In this document: positions 12,031 to 23,329 of the stretch, one piece after another | Position numbering within the stretch: position 1 is the stretch's first letter | Layout: the number at the start of each line of letters is the position of its first letter | NCBI RefSeq assembly: GCF_001194135.2 | Contig: NC_068985.1 | Coordinates: 110,087,246-110,123,131 of the forward strand | Origin: Octopus bimaculoides | Lineage: Eukaryota | Length of the DNA: 35,886 bases | Reading direction: 5' to 3' | Notes under the pieces: model-generated | Database searches by the model: none | Seen by the model: only the letters and a program-made list of their open reading frames with translations | Told to the model about the DNA's origin: nothing | Position numbers and translations under genes: made by a program

Positions 12031-13450
12031 GACTATGATTAAAATTTAGGCCTTCAGAGCTTTGTCCAGTTTTGTAAAAACTATTATTTTCATTTCCATC
12101 TCTCCTTGGTTTTGCTCTGAGAATGTGACCTTTGTATGGCAGATCATAATACTATGAGAACTTGTTTGTGATTGTGTCTGTGCATGCATGTGTGTGTCTA
12201 TGCATGTGTGCGCATGTGTGTGTATCTATATGTGTATATGTATATATGCATGTGTATATTTATGATTGTCTGTATGTATGTATACATGTATGTGTATATG
12301 TAAGCATGTACATATGTTTGTATATGCATGCAGGTGTATGTGTGTTCACGTATATGTGCATGTATATGTGCAGGATGTATAAACCTTAGTGTGATGTATG
12401 CACCTATGTGGGTATGTATGTATTCTTTATGCATATTTGTGTGTCCTTTCGAGCACTGGGCCTCACGCAGGCAAAGTGGCAAAGTTCCTTCCAAGTGTTG
12501 GGCCTCACAGAAGCAATGACCAAGAACTTTGGCATTATGTCATACTTCAGAAGGAGACCCATCAAACTGAGCAAAAGGGCAGTCGTGGCAGATACTGGTG
12601 TCATGTAAATGGCACTTGTGCCAGTGGCATGTAAAAGCACTCATTACACTTTCGAAGTGGTTGGCGTTAGGAAGAGCATCCAGCCATGTATGTATGTATG
12701 TATGTATGTATCTATGTATGTATGGCTAAAAGTGTGTGTATATATATATATATNNNNNNNNNNNNNNNNNNNNNNNNNNNNNNNNNNNNNNNNNNNNNNN
12801 NNNNNNNNNNNNNNNNNNNNNNNNNNNNNNNNNNNNNNNNNNNNNNNNNNNNNNNNNNNNNNNNNNNNNNNNNNNNNNNNNNNNNNNNNNNNNNNNNNNN
12901 NNNNNNNNNNNNNNNNNNNNNNNNNNNNNNNNNNNNNNNNNNNNNNNNNNNNNNNNNNNNNNNNNNNNNNNNNNNNNNNNNNNNNNNNNNNNNNNNNNNN
13001 NNNNNNNNNNNNNNNNNNNNNNNNNNNNNNNNNNNNNNNNNNNNNNNNNNNNNNNNNNNNNNNNNNNNNNNNNNNNNNNNNNNNNNNNNNNNNNNNNNNN
13101 NNNNNNNNNNNNNNNNNNNNNNNNNNNNNNNNNNNNNNNNNNNNNNNNNNNNNNNNNNNNNNNNNNNNNNNNNNNNNNNNNNNNNNNNNNNNNNNNNNNN
13201 NNNNNNNNNNNNNNNNNNNNNNNNNNNNNNNNNNNNNNNNNNNNNNNNNNNNNNNNNNNNNNNNNNNNNNNNNNNNNNNNNNNNNNNNNNNNNNNNNNNN
13301 NNNNNNNNNNNNNNATGTATGGATGGATGGATGGATAGACATGTGCATGTATGTATGTATGTACGCATGTATCTATGTATGTATGTATGTATGTATAGCT
13401 AAAAGTGTGTGTATATATATAGATATATATATATGTGCATGTATGTATGT

Positions 13451-13620
13451 GTGTCTGGATAGACATGTGTGTATATAAATATGTGTATGTATGTACGTAT
13501 GTATGGATAGACGTGTGTGTGTATATAAATATGTGTATGTATGTACGTATGTATGGATAGACGTGTGTGTGTATATAAATATGTGTATGTATGTATGTAT
13601 GTATGTATGTATGGATAGAC
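13451..13620. repeat. 50-bp unit minisatellite within a TATG/TG microsatellite field
   Basis: 13481-13530 and 13531-13580 are identical, with partial units on both sides. Confidence 0.9.
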
Positions 13621-14122
13621 GTGTATGTGTATGTATGTATGTATGTGTGTATGGCTGGCTGGCTGGATGGTTTGTTGGTTGACAGTTGGAATGTATAATA
13701 AATAATCCCTTTGCAACAAGTTGAAGAAGATGCCAGTCAGATTAACTAACACAGAGGAAAAAAACCCTGGCTTCATCTGGCATAGATTAACTGGATTAAG
13801 TAAGTAAAGAGATTAAAGAAAAATACAATAAATAATAGCAAATGATTTAAAAAGGAAAACACATAGGAATAATAAAAGAAAAAGACAATGTGATATAAAC
13901 ATAACAAAAGCTATAAATGGAATAAAAAATGGTGGGGGTAGTTATCATCATTGTCGTCATCATGGTCATGATGATGATGATGATGATGATAACAATGATG
14001 GTGATGATGATGATGGTGCTAGTGACGGTGGTGTTGCTGGTGATGATGGTCATGCTGGTGATGATGATTATGATGATGATGATGGTAGTGATAATGGTGG
14101 TGGTGGTGGTGGTGGTGGTGGT

Positions 14123-15087
14123 NNNNNNNNNNNNNNNNNNNNNNNNNNNNNNNNNNNNNNNNNNNNNNNNNNNNNNNNNNNNNNNNNNNNNNNNNNNNNN
14201 NNNNNNNNNNNNNNNNNNNNNNNNNNNNNNNNNNNNNNNNNNNNNNNNNNNNNNNNNNNNNNNNNNNNNNNNNNNNNNNNNNNNNNNNNNNNNNNNNNNN
14301 NNNNNNNNNNNNNNNNNNNNNNNNNNNNNNNNNNNNNNNNNNNNNNNNNNNNNNNNNNNNNNNNNNNNNNNNNNNNNNNNNNNNNNNNNNNNNNNNNNNN
14401 NNNNNNNNNNNNNNNNNNNNNNNNNNNNNNNNNNNNNNNNNNNNNNNNNNNNNNNNNNNNNNNNNNNNNNNNNNNNNNNNNNNNNNNNNNNNNNNNNNNN
14501 NNNNNNNNNNNNNNNNNNNNNNNNNNNNNNNNNNNNNNNNNNNNNNNNNNNNNNNNNNNNNNNNNNNNNNNNNNNNNNNNNNNNNNNNNNNNNNNNNNNN
14601 NNNNNNNNNNNNNNNNNNNNNNNNNNNNNNNNNNNNNNNNNNNNNNNNNNNNNNNNNNNNNNNNNNNNNNNNNNNNNNNNNNNNNNNNNNNNNNNNNNNN
14701 NNNNNNNNNNNNNNNNNNNNNNNNNNNNNNNNNNNNNNNNNNNNNNNNNNNNNNNNNNNNNNNNNNNNNNNNNNNNNNNNNNNNNNNNNNNNNNNNNNNN
14801 NNNNNNNNNNNNNNNNNNNNNNNNNNNNNNNNNNNNNNNNNNNNNNNNNNNNNNNNNNNNNNNNNNNNNNNNNNNNNNNNNNNNNNNNNNNNNNNNNNNN
14901 NNNNNNNNNNNNNNNNNNNNNNNNNNNNNNNNNNNNNNNNNNNNNNNNNNNNNNNNNNNNNNNNNNNNNNNNNNNNNNNNNNNNNNNNNNNNNNNNNNNN
15001 NNNNNNNNNNNNNNNNNNNNNNNNNNNNNNNNNNNNNNNNNNNNNNNNNNNNNNNNNNNNNNNNNNNNNNNNNNNNNNNNNNNNNNG
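14123..15087. other. Assembly gap (one of many N runs, mostly flanked by microsatellites)
   Basis: N run. Other gaps start at 1837, 5963, 8417, 12754, 16334, 24913, 28935, 30863 and 34857. Confidence 0.98.
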
Positions 15088-15266
15088 ACACGTAAAAGCA
15101 CCCACTACACTCTCTGAGTGGTTGGCGTTAGGAAGGGCATCCAGCTGTAGAAACTCTGCCAAATTAGATTGGAGCCTGGTGTTGCCATCCGGTTTCACCA
15201 GTCCTCAGTCAAATCGTCCAACCCATGCTAGCATGGAAAGCGGACGTTAAACGATGATGATGATGA

Positions 15267-15297
<31 letters not shown>

Positions 15298-15301
<4 letters not shown>

Positions 15302-15351
15302 GGCGCATGGCTCAGTGGTTAGAGCATTGAGCTTACGATCGTGAGGTTGTG
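15298..15351 (+). mobile_element. Truncated family F SINE head fused to the Gypsy integrase relic
   Basis: GAAGGCGCATGGCTCAGTGGTTAGAGC...GAGGTTGTG stops before the B box and runs into integrase antisense sequence. Confidence 0.75.
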
Positions 15352-15980
15352 TCCACGAACTGTCCATGAACTGTTCAGCCCTTCCATTCAATCTAGGGTG
15401 ATACGGTGCTATAGTTTTATGTTCTAACATGAACATCTTGCAGAATCTTTTAAACTCACAGGAAACAAATTGTGTTCCGTTATCAGAGATAATTATATCT
15501 GGTACATCAAATCTTGTGAACAGCTTGTGTAAGAAGTTTATTACTGTATATGAGGTTGACCATTTACACTTCGTGACCTCAGGTCCATTTTGTGTAGCTG
15601 TCCACAACTATTATGTAATAATATTCATTTATCGGGCCTGCAAAATCGATATGCAATCAGAACCATGGTATTTTCACTTCTAGCCAAGGTTCACATTTTG
15701 TAGTTGGTAGTTTTGCTGCCAGTGTACATTTTCTGCAGCCTTTTACTAGGTTTTCAACTCACTTGTCCATGCTTGGTCAGTACACTAAACTTTGCATCAG
15801 CGCTTTCATTCTAGAGATGCCTGGGTGTCCCACATGAAGCTCTTTTAGCATTCTCTTCTGTAATGTCTGTGTAATGACCACCCTCTGAACTTACATTAGT
15901 ACACCATCACATATCGAGTACACATTCATATCTTGGCTGTTCTTTGCATCAGTCCTTTCTTTATTTCCTTTTGTCGACCA
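15352..15980 (-). mobile_element. Ty3/Gypsy integrase relic (HHCC zinc-binding domain and DDE core, several stops)
   Basis: Hand translation: LHVGHPGISRMK...GCRKC (HHCC), LHIDFAGP, VVDSYTKWPEV, IISDNGTQF, PYHPRLNGRAE; truncated just after the catalytic E. Confidence 0.92.
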
Positions 15981-16035
15981 CATTATTTACATTATTTACA
16001 CTTGACGGATATTTGTCCTCATCTTGTTTGTTGTT

Positions 16036-16081
16036 AACACAACGTTTCGGCTGATATACCCTCCAGCCTCCGTCAGGTGTC
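16036..16081 (-). ncRNA. Degenerate minimal type I hammerhead motif of a Penelope-like element
   Basis: Minus strand GACAC-CTGACGG-A-GGCTG...CAGCC-GAAACGTT-GTGTT: helix I GACAC/GTGTT, helix II GGCTG/CAGCC, ACGT palindromic helix III. A9 is G, so probably inactive. Confidence 0.65.
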
Positions 16082-16169
16082 TTGGGGAAATTTCGAACCT
16101 GGGTTCTCATTCCTATTATTATTATTATTATTATTAATATATTATTATTATTATTACTATTATTAATCA

Positions 16170-16242
16170 GGTCGCTGCCGTGAATCGAACTCGGAACCTT
16201 GGGGTTAGTAGCCCGTGCTCTTAACCACTACGCCATATGCCC
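16170..16242 (-). other. tRNA-derived segment with Pol III A and B boxes inside the PLE-like fragment
   Basis: Minus strand GGGCATATGGCGTAGTGGTTAAGAGC...GAGTTCGATTCACGG: A box TGGCGTAGTGG, B box GTTCGATTC. Acceptor stem does not pair, so not a tRNA gene. Confidence 0.7.
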
Positions 16243-16679
16243 GTAGGCAATTATGGGGTGAATTTTAAGGCTTATAAATCTATTATTTTTCTATCCTTCC
16301 TCAATACCGGTTCCCATATGCTATTCATATCTGNNNNNNNNNNATGCCCGTAGGCAATTATGGGGTGAATTTTAAGGCTTATAAATCTATTATTTTTCTA
16401 TCCTTCCTCAATACCGGTTCCCATATGCTATTCATATCTGCACTCGGTCTGCTTAGGAGGTTGTTGTGTCCTAGCATATGTGCTGCTTCAAATGTAAATA
16501 ATGTAAATAATTCCTCATCTCTTAAATATAGAACTGAGTTTTCTTTTTGTTTCATTAATAAATTTGCCAGTTTTCGCATTTCTTTTTATTTCTTCCAAAG
16601 TTACTGGTAGTACACACACAATGTTCCACATCACTTTTTTCGTTTCAGTTCATCGACCTCATTCGATCATTTGACTGCT

Positions 16680-17948
16680 ATTGCATAAAGCGCTTATGAG
16701 TGTATCCCATAAATTAAATTTCTCCATACATTCGGTGCTAAATAAATTCATGGATTTTCTCAACACATAACCATTCACTTTTTTTGGTTTGACCTTTGAA
16801 CACTATGTTACAAACACGTTTGCCCGTAAAATATAATTTTCTTCCTGTAACACCATATGCTATTTTGTTTGAACTACATAATTTTGGTTTACCCACTTGT
16901 TCCCAGGTTTTCTTATTTATGATTGTGATATCACTTCCCATGTCTAATTGCATTCTGATGCTAGTATTTTCAATTTTCACATTCACAAATTTTCTGTTTT
17001 TTGTAGTCACAACTTTTTCAGCTGCCAAACTATTTATTTTTCCTTGTTTGTTCCATTTCCCTATCATTCTAGTTTTGTAGTGCAATTTTATATGTCCTAT
17101 AAACCCACAGTGAAAACACTTTGCTTTTTTATATGGGCAATCTTTTTTCAGGTGCATTCCACCACATGCCATACATGGGTCTACATCCTGATTTTTTTTT
17201 CTGTTTTTTCCTGCAACATTTTATTTGTCTTCCAGCATTTTTGCACTGGTCTTATGTGGAAATACTCTTTCCATTGAATTTCTTCCATGTCATGCCTTAA
17301 TTTTGATATCCTCTCACACTCTTCAGACAGTTTCTGCAATGTCAAATCCTGGTTCATTTCCAGTTTTGATAGAATTTTTGTTCGGATTTCTGCATCACTT
17401 CTATCTGTCAATCCTTGTGCAAAATTCAAACACTTGAAAGAATCTGGAGTAAACACATCTAACCTAAATTTCTTACATTCTTTGTTGACTCTGCCTGTGT
17501 AAGTAGTGAAATCTTCACTCTTTTCTATGTTTAAACATTTCCATCTGATATTAAACAGTGAGCTCTTTTCACTAAACATTTTGCACAAAATGTCAACTGT
17601 GTTGGTGAAATTTATGGTGGACACTTTTTTTGGCAATATGAAGTTACTATACTTCTCATGCTCTACTGTCGCTAGTTTTCTTAACACTAGATAGGTTTTC
17701 ATTTTGTCCGTCCAATCCTGACCTTTTTCAAAAATTTGTTGAAATCTTCGAAAGTATACCTCAAAGATTACTCCTTCTTCGGGGTCATATTTTAATTCGC
17801 TTATGGAATTTGCTACATAGACAGGCGAAACTGTATTCTCTGGTTTGGTTATCAACTTCCGCAGTCCTTGTTGTTCTTCTCATTGTTCCTTGAGTTGTTA
17901 TTGCTGCTGTTTTGGCAACTAAACTATCTTAGCTAACAAGTCTTCCAT
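16680..17948 (-). mobile_element. Ty3/Gypsy LTR retrotransposon relic: gag, CCHC zinc knuckle, aspartic protease (disrupted)
   Basis: ATG at 17948 is in frame with ORF 17181-17855 (YDPEEGVIFEVYFRRFQQIF...) through in-frame stops. Frameshift into ORF 16738-17172 with CFHCGFIGH knuckle and LDMGSDITII (D[T/S]G protease motif altered). Confidence 0.9.
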
Positions 17949-18083
17949 ATTTAATGATTTTCCTAAGTTTGCACAACAAGTTTTTTGTTTCTTTTTGTCG
18001 AAGTATTTAATTTTCCACATGAATTAGTTTAAACTCTCTGTGTGTGAATGTTCTTTTTTACACTCCACGTAAATTTGTTTTTT

Positions 18084-18100
18084 CTCATCGCCACTGTTAC
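18084..18100 (-). promoter_or_regulatory. Primer-binding site and 3' end of the 5' LTR of the Gypsy relic
   Basis: Minus strand GTAACA-G-TGGCGATGAG about 135 nt upstream of the gag ATG, resembling the TGGCGAC/T-type PBS after an LTR ending in CA. LTR extent unresolved (SINE tail at about 18165). Confidence 0.6.
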
Positions 18101-18496
18101 AAGGTAGCCTTTTACCACTGTTGTATCTGTTTTTGATGACAATTATTGCTCTGAGAGATATTGCGACTAAAGGCGGTGCTCCAGCATGGCCGCAGTCAAA
18201 TGACCGAAACAAGTAAAAGAGAGTAAAAGAGAGTATCATAATCGCTTTATATTTTAGCTCTTTAGCATTTGAACCAGCCAAATCAGGTCAAAATATTATC
18301 AATGTTTTATGTCCAAAATGACAAAAAGCATTAAAATGTCTGACATCAAATAAGTCATGTATTGAATCAGTGACACCAAAATAGGTGGCGCTAAAACTTC
18401 TATGCCAAAATGTCTCATACCGCACTTCAATGTTTTTCAATGTCATGTGAACTTGTAACATCTATTTTGTTTTTTTCTTTTTTTGTGTGTTTCTAG

Positions 18497-18641
18497 GTTG
18501 TGATGCTCTCTGCTATCCCACCATTGAAGAAACTTTGCAAAGCTGCCTATCACAGTCTATCACATTCTCGATGAATCCTAATGATTTACTTCGGACAGAG
18601 ATCAATAACCTATCACGTAGTCAGATGAAGGAACTTTGCCA
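18497..18641 (+). CDS. Coding exon A of a multi-exon Cys-rich, probably secreted protein (GCDALCYPTIEETLQSCLSQ...MKELCQ)
   Basis: Pyrimidine tract + TTTCTAG acceptor (AG 18495-18496), donor CA|GTATGT at 18642. Entry phase 1, exit phase 2; CA + A of exon B gives Gln in frame. Confidence 0.88.
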
Positions 18642-18722
18642 GTATGTATCTAATTACTTTGTCTATCTGTCTGTTTGTCTTTCTCTCCAGTTCTCTCGCT
18701 CTCTCTTTCTCTTTGTACATAA

Positions 18723-18753
<31 letters not shown>

Positions 18754-19148
18754 ACATGCACACACACATAGCTACACATATAGATATGCACAGACACACA
18801 CACATACACACATGCTTATACATAAACATACATATGCCATGTAAGCTAACCAATACCTGTGTACATTTTTAAACCAAAATCTATTTTCTCTAGATTTTTC
18901 CTTTCTATATTTACCTCTTTTTCCCTTCCCCTCTTTTCCCGTTTTATACCTATATTCAGCAGATGGACAATGTCCAAAACATCATAATTAACTCTTTCCA
19001 GTTATTAGAGCATCAAACTAATAATTGTGATTGTGAGCCTGTCTCTCTTACTGTTTCTAGGATGAGTTTTTCTCATCATAGATTGACTGCTTTCACTGCT
19101 ACTAAGAAACTCAATCTACCCTTACAAAAATTTATTTAATCAATAGAT

Positions 19149-19320
19149 ATAGGTGCAGGAGTGGCTGTGTGGTAGGTAGCTTGCTTACCAACCACATGGT
19201 TCTGGGTTCAGTCCCACTGCATGGCACCTTGGGCAAGTGTCTTTTACTATAGACTTGGACCAGCCAAAGCCTTGTGAGTGGATTTGGTAGTTGGAAACTG
19301 AAAGAACCCCATCATATATA
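19149..19320 (+). mobile_element. Family B/C SINE 5' half
   Basis: GGTGCAGGAGTGGCTGTGTGG...GGTTCAGTCCC...CACCTTGGGCAAGTGTC; other partial heads at about 9410-9560, 21730-21890 and 28451-28720. Confidence 0.85.
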
Positions 19321-20563
19321 TTTTATTATATGTATTTATTTTCTCCTAGTAATAAATAACTCGGATAAAAATACTATGCGTTTACTCCATTCTTTAAATT
19401 TATATATATAAACAAATAGTAAATGAGTATATGCATATATACGTACAGGTATGTGCATACCGACATCCACCTGTATGTATAGGTGCATATCTGGGTACAG
19501 GACATTGCAAACAAAACAGAGACGAGAAAACACACAAGCCACATAGAGAACATTCTACTTCATCAGCTACCTCCGTTTTAACACCGGCGTTTCGAAGAGC
19601 TATATATATTTATTTGTTCTTTCCCTTATTTCTCACCATTTTGGCAGTTCTACACCATCATATGACAATACTTTGCCATTTTTTTATAAGCACACCACAC
19701 TTATTAATCCCAAATTGTCTCTGCATTCTTTGTTTTAGCTCTTCGAGGACTACATTTAACCCTTTTTTCTTGACCTTATATCTACATTCTAATTTCTGAT
19801 ATTTCTACTTTCTTATTTCTCTTTTTTATTTTTCTTCCAGGATGTTGATGTGCTTTCATATTCTGTTCAGTGATTGCTTTATCCTTCTTTTCTACCAAGG
19901 CTCTTTGACTACATTTCCTCTCTTACAGTTTGTTCAAGACCTATTTTCCTTCCTATATAGATGATGCAAGCTTTAATCAATCTATTTATTCCACCTATTA
20001 TCCATTTTAATTTCTTTCGGTACTTTATTAACCTCCTGAGTCCATCTCTGAGCAAAATTCTGTTTCCTTTTATAAATCCATTTACTTCTATGTCCAAACT
20101 TCTCTCAATGATACCCATAATTTCATTGGTCATTACTGTCTTCATTGCTCAGTCCCTCTACATTCTCAAAACCTAAACCAGCATTATTCTCTGAAACACT
20201 TTCATCCAAAACAACTTGGTCAATATTCTCTGTAGTCACTTCATCTTCACCACTGGGTTTTCAGTCATTCCGCTCTTCTTAATCTCATCAAGCTCTAATG
20301 CTGTTAACCATCTGTTCCTCCTTATTATCTTTACCTGGTCACACAATCTCTGTAATATCCAGATATTGTCTCTCCATTCAGATGTCATGCATTCTCATTC
20401 AATATCTTTTTATGAACTTCCTTTCACCATCAACATGTCTGCTCAGAATATATCGTCCTATGACAGCTATATTCTTCACTTTAGAGCATCTTGTTCTGGC
20501 AGCTGTATGACGGTAACCAGGCCTCTGCTGCTCAACCACAGAACACCTGCCAGGGCAAGAGTC

Positions 20564-21010
20564 CATCATCATCATCATCGTTTAACGTCCGCTTTCCATG
20601 CTAGTATGGGTTGGACGACTTGACTGAGGACTGGTGAAACCGGATGGCAACACCAGGCTCCAATCTAAATTTGGCAGAGTTTCTACAGCTGGATGCCCTT
20701 CCTAATGCCAACTACTCAGAGAGTGTAGTAGGTGCTTTTACGTGTCACCTGCACGAAGGCCAGTCAGGCGATACTGGCAACGGCCACGCTCGAAATGGTG
20801 TCTTTTATGTGCCACCCGCACAAGCCAGTCCAGGGGCACTGGCAACAATCTCACTCGAAAATCCTACGGAGGCCAGTCAGGCGGTACTGGCAACGGCCAC
20901 GCTCAAAATGGTGCATCTTATGTGCCACCTGCACAAGAGCCAGTCCAGGGGCCCTGGCAACGATCTTACTTGGCTTGCCGGGTCTTCTCACGCACAGCAC
21001 ATTTCCATCA
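20564..21010 (-). mobile_element. Family A retroposon, long copy with internal tandem subrepeats
   Basis: Same terminus as 4113; GGCCAGTCAGGCG(A/G)TACTGGCAACGGCCACGCTC repeated at 20759 and 20871. Confidence 0.88.
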
Positions 21011-21135
21011 TCTGAAGATTACAGATCCAAGCCGTCACTGGAACTGTAAAAATTTGTAAAACTTTCCAGAAGCTTATCATTTAAGTATATACGAGCATGT
21101 GTAGTCATACAATTATAAGCATGAGAATACATACA

Positions 21136-21552
21136 CTCTTTTACTGTTTTACTCTTTTACTGTTTTACTCTTTTACTTGCTTCAGTCATTTGACTGCGGC
21201 CATGCTGGAGCACCGCCTTTACTCGAGCAAATCAACCCCAGGACTTATTCTTTTGTAAGCCTAGTATTTATTCTATCGGTCTCTTTTGCCAAACCGCTAG
21301 GTTACAGATCCGTAAACACACCAGCATCGGTTGTCAAGTGATGCTGGGGGGGACAAACACACACAAACATATACACACACATACATATATATACGACAGG
21401 CTTCTTTCAGTTTCCGTCTACCATATCCACTCACAAGGCTTTGGTCGGCCTGAGGCTATAGTAGAAGACACTTGCCCAAGGTGCCACGCAGTGGGAATGA
21501 ACCACCAGGAACCATGTGGTTGGTAAGCAAGCTACTTACCACACAGCCACTC
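21136..21552 (-). mobile_element. Family B/C SINE, near full length
   Basis: Co-linear with 10806-11207. Confidence 0.88.
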
Positions 21553-22242
21553 CTATACAAATCTGCACATGCACTGACTTCAAATACTGCGCATGCACAC
21601 ACATACATGCAAAGATACTCTGTTGATGTTGATGAAATTCCAATAAGGGAACCTTGGATCTAGGTTAGAAACTGGCTCTTTCTCTATTGGCAAGAAATCT
21701 TGAAATAAAACTGAATAAAGACATACGTATATGAATGATGCATATCTTTCAGTTTCTATCAACTAAATCCACTCACAAAGCTTTGGTTGGCCTGGGGCTA
21801 TAATGGAAGAAGCTTGCCCATAGGTGTTTCACTGTGGGACTGCACACTAGATCATATGGGTTAAAAAGTAAATTTCTTACCCACACAGTCTCACAGACAC
21901 ACACTCTTTGGTGTGTTTATGTCCCCCGTAACTTACCAGTTTGGCAAAAGAGACCGATAGAATAAGTACTAGGCTTACAAAGAATAAGTCCTGGGGTCGA
22001 TTTTCTCGACTAAAGGCGGTGCTCCAGCATGGCCGCAGTCAAATGACTGAAACAAGCAAAAGAATCCTGCAATGGTTTGGTCCATATAACTCAGAAAGGA
22101 TTTCATCCTTTTATATTATATTATGTAATTTTCTTTGTACTCAACACATGATCTAGAACAGGTAACCACTTACTTATTTTTTTTTTTTTGCTTGATAAAG
22201 TATTGTAACTATCGTTCTCTGATTTGTGTTCTTCTTCTGCAG

Positions 22243-22370
22243 AATATTCTACAACTTCAAAGATTGTGTGGAAGAAGAGTTGAAACCATGTATGGACAAG
22301 GATGAATTTGAGAAAATTCTGGAAGCATTTGAAGAATCGTTCAACTATATTTGTCATGAAGGGTTTGAGC
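22243..22370 (+). CDS. Coding exon B (IFYNFKDCVEEELKPCMDKDEFEKILEAFEESFNYICHEGFE)
   Basis: Acceptor CTTCTTCTGCAG, donor C|GTATGT at 22371. 128 nt = 1+42x3+1, open and phase-compatible with exons A and C. Not shown in the ORF track. Confidence 0.9.
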
Positions 22371-22404
22371 GTATGTTGAGCATTATTGTTAATGTATGAT
22401 TTAT

Positions 22405-22442
<38 letters not shown>

Positions 22443-23045
22443 TATCATCATCACATTCTTTTTCATTGGTGTCATCGTCATCACCACCACCATCGTCATC
22501 ACCACCACCATCGTCATCACCACCACCATCGTAATCACCACCACCATCGTCATCACCACCACCAAAATCACCACCACATCTGCCACCACCATCACATCAT
22601 CATTGTCATAATAATGTTGATCATTGCAATCACCGCATCACCATCATCATCACCACCATCATCTTCATCATCATCATAGCACCACCACCACCACCACCAC
22701 CACCACCACCACCATCATCATTATCATCATTGCAACCATCACATTATCACCATTCCCATTGTCATAATCATCGTCATCGTCTTCGTCGTCATCATCATCA
22801 TTATCATTACCATCATAATCCTCATTATCGTTCTCTTTGTCATTACTGCATCATCACCATCATCATCATTGCCGCCACCATCATACCATCAACGCAACCC
22901 ACCACCACCGTCACTACCATTATCAGCCTCATAATCCGCTTCATGGCTATCATTTTCACCACCATCCTCTATACCATCATCAGCATCATAATCACCATCA
23001 TCATCACCTATAGCAACAGCAGCAGCAGCAGCGGCAGCAGCACTG
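22405..23045. repeat. Compound (CAT/CAC)n low-complexity tract at the start of intron B-C
   Basis: Seen directly. Similar tracts at 13930-14122, 24820-24912, 25845-25930 and 28000-28085; (TTA/TTG)n at 27035-27103 and 27493-27687. Confidence 0.95.
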
Positions 23046-23329
23046 TCATTGCTCTCATTTTATTGTTCATTTTTCCATGCTATTTACATGAATATTTTAT
23101 TAGTTAATGAGAGAACGACATGCAACAGCCATGACTTTTTACTCAGTCAAACACAATCTCGCACACATAGATGAATGTAAGCCTACACAGAGACACATCT
23201 ATAGTTATACATGTATCTATATATATATATATACATACACATACTAAGATGCAACTTAGTACAATCTTGCCTACAAATATACAATATTGCTGTTAGTATC
23301 CTGTCCAAGATATGAGATATTTCCTCATT

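Larger units (their letters stand above)
15982..16600 (-). mobile_element. 5'-truncated Penelope-like element (endonuclease C-terminal remnant, 3' region with hammerhead, inverted terminal copy)
   Basis: Minus-strand peptide EAAHMLGHNNLLSRPSADMNSIWEPVLRKD resembles PLE GIY-YIG C-termini; hammerhead motif downstream; 24-bp inverted repeat 15982-16005 vs 16488-16511 (1 mismatch). Confidence 0.6.

Noticed and set aside
12609-15198. Long ORFs of 200-430 aa in the track (also near 8280, 24699 and 30699)
   Set aside because: They consist almost entirely of X from N gaps plus microsatellite translation.
16237-16440. 97-bp exact direct duplication (16237-16333 and 16344-16440)
   Set aside because: Identical copies flank a 10-N gap, typical of an unmerged contig overlap.
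19555-19600. Minus-strand CGAAAC...CTGATGA in permuted (type II-like) hammerhead order
   Set aside because: No room for helix I between the putative GUA and CUGAUGA, and helix II pairing is poor.
19620-20500. Strand-biased region with 70-135 aa ORFs
   Set aside because: No recognisable motif or splice signals; probably a decayed retroelement but unassignable by eye.
22386-23107. Poly-His/Ile/Thr ORFs after exon B, and the poly-Glu/Lys ORF at 11711-12049
   Set aside because: Trinucleotide microsatellites open in several frames, with no splice or domain support; the first lies past the exon B donor.
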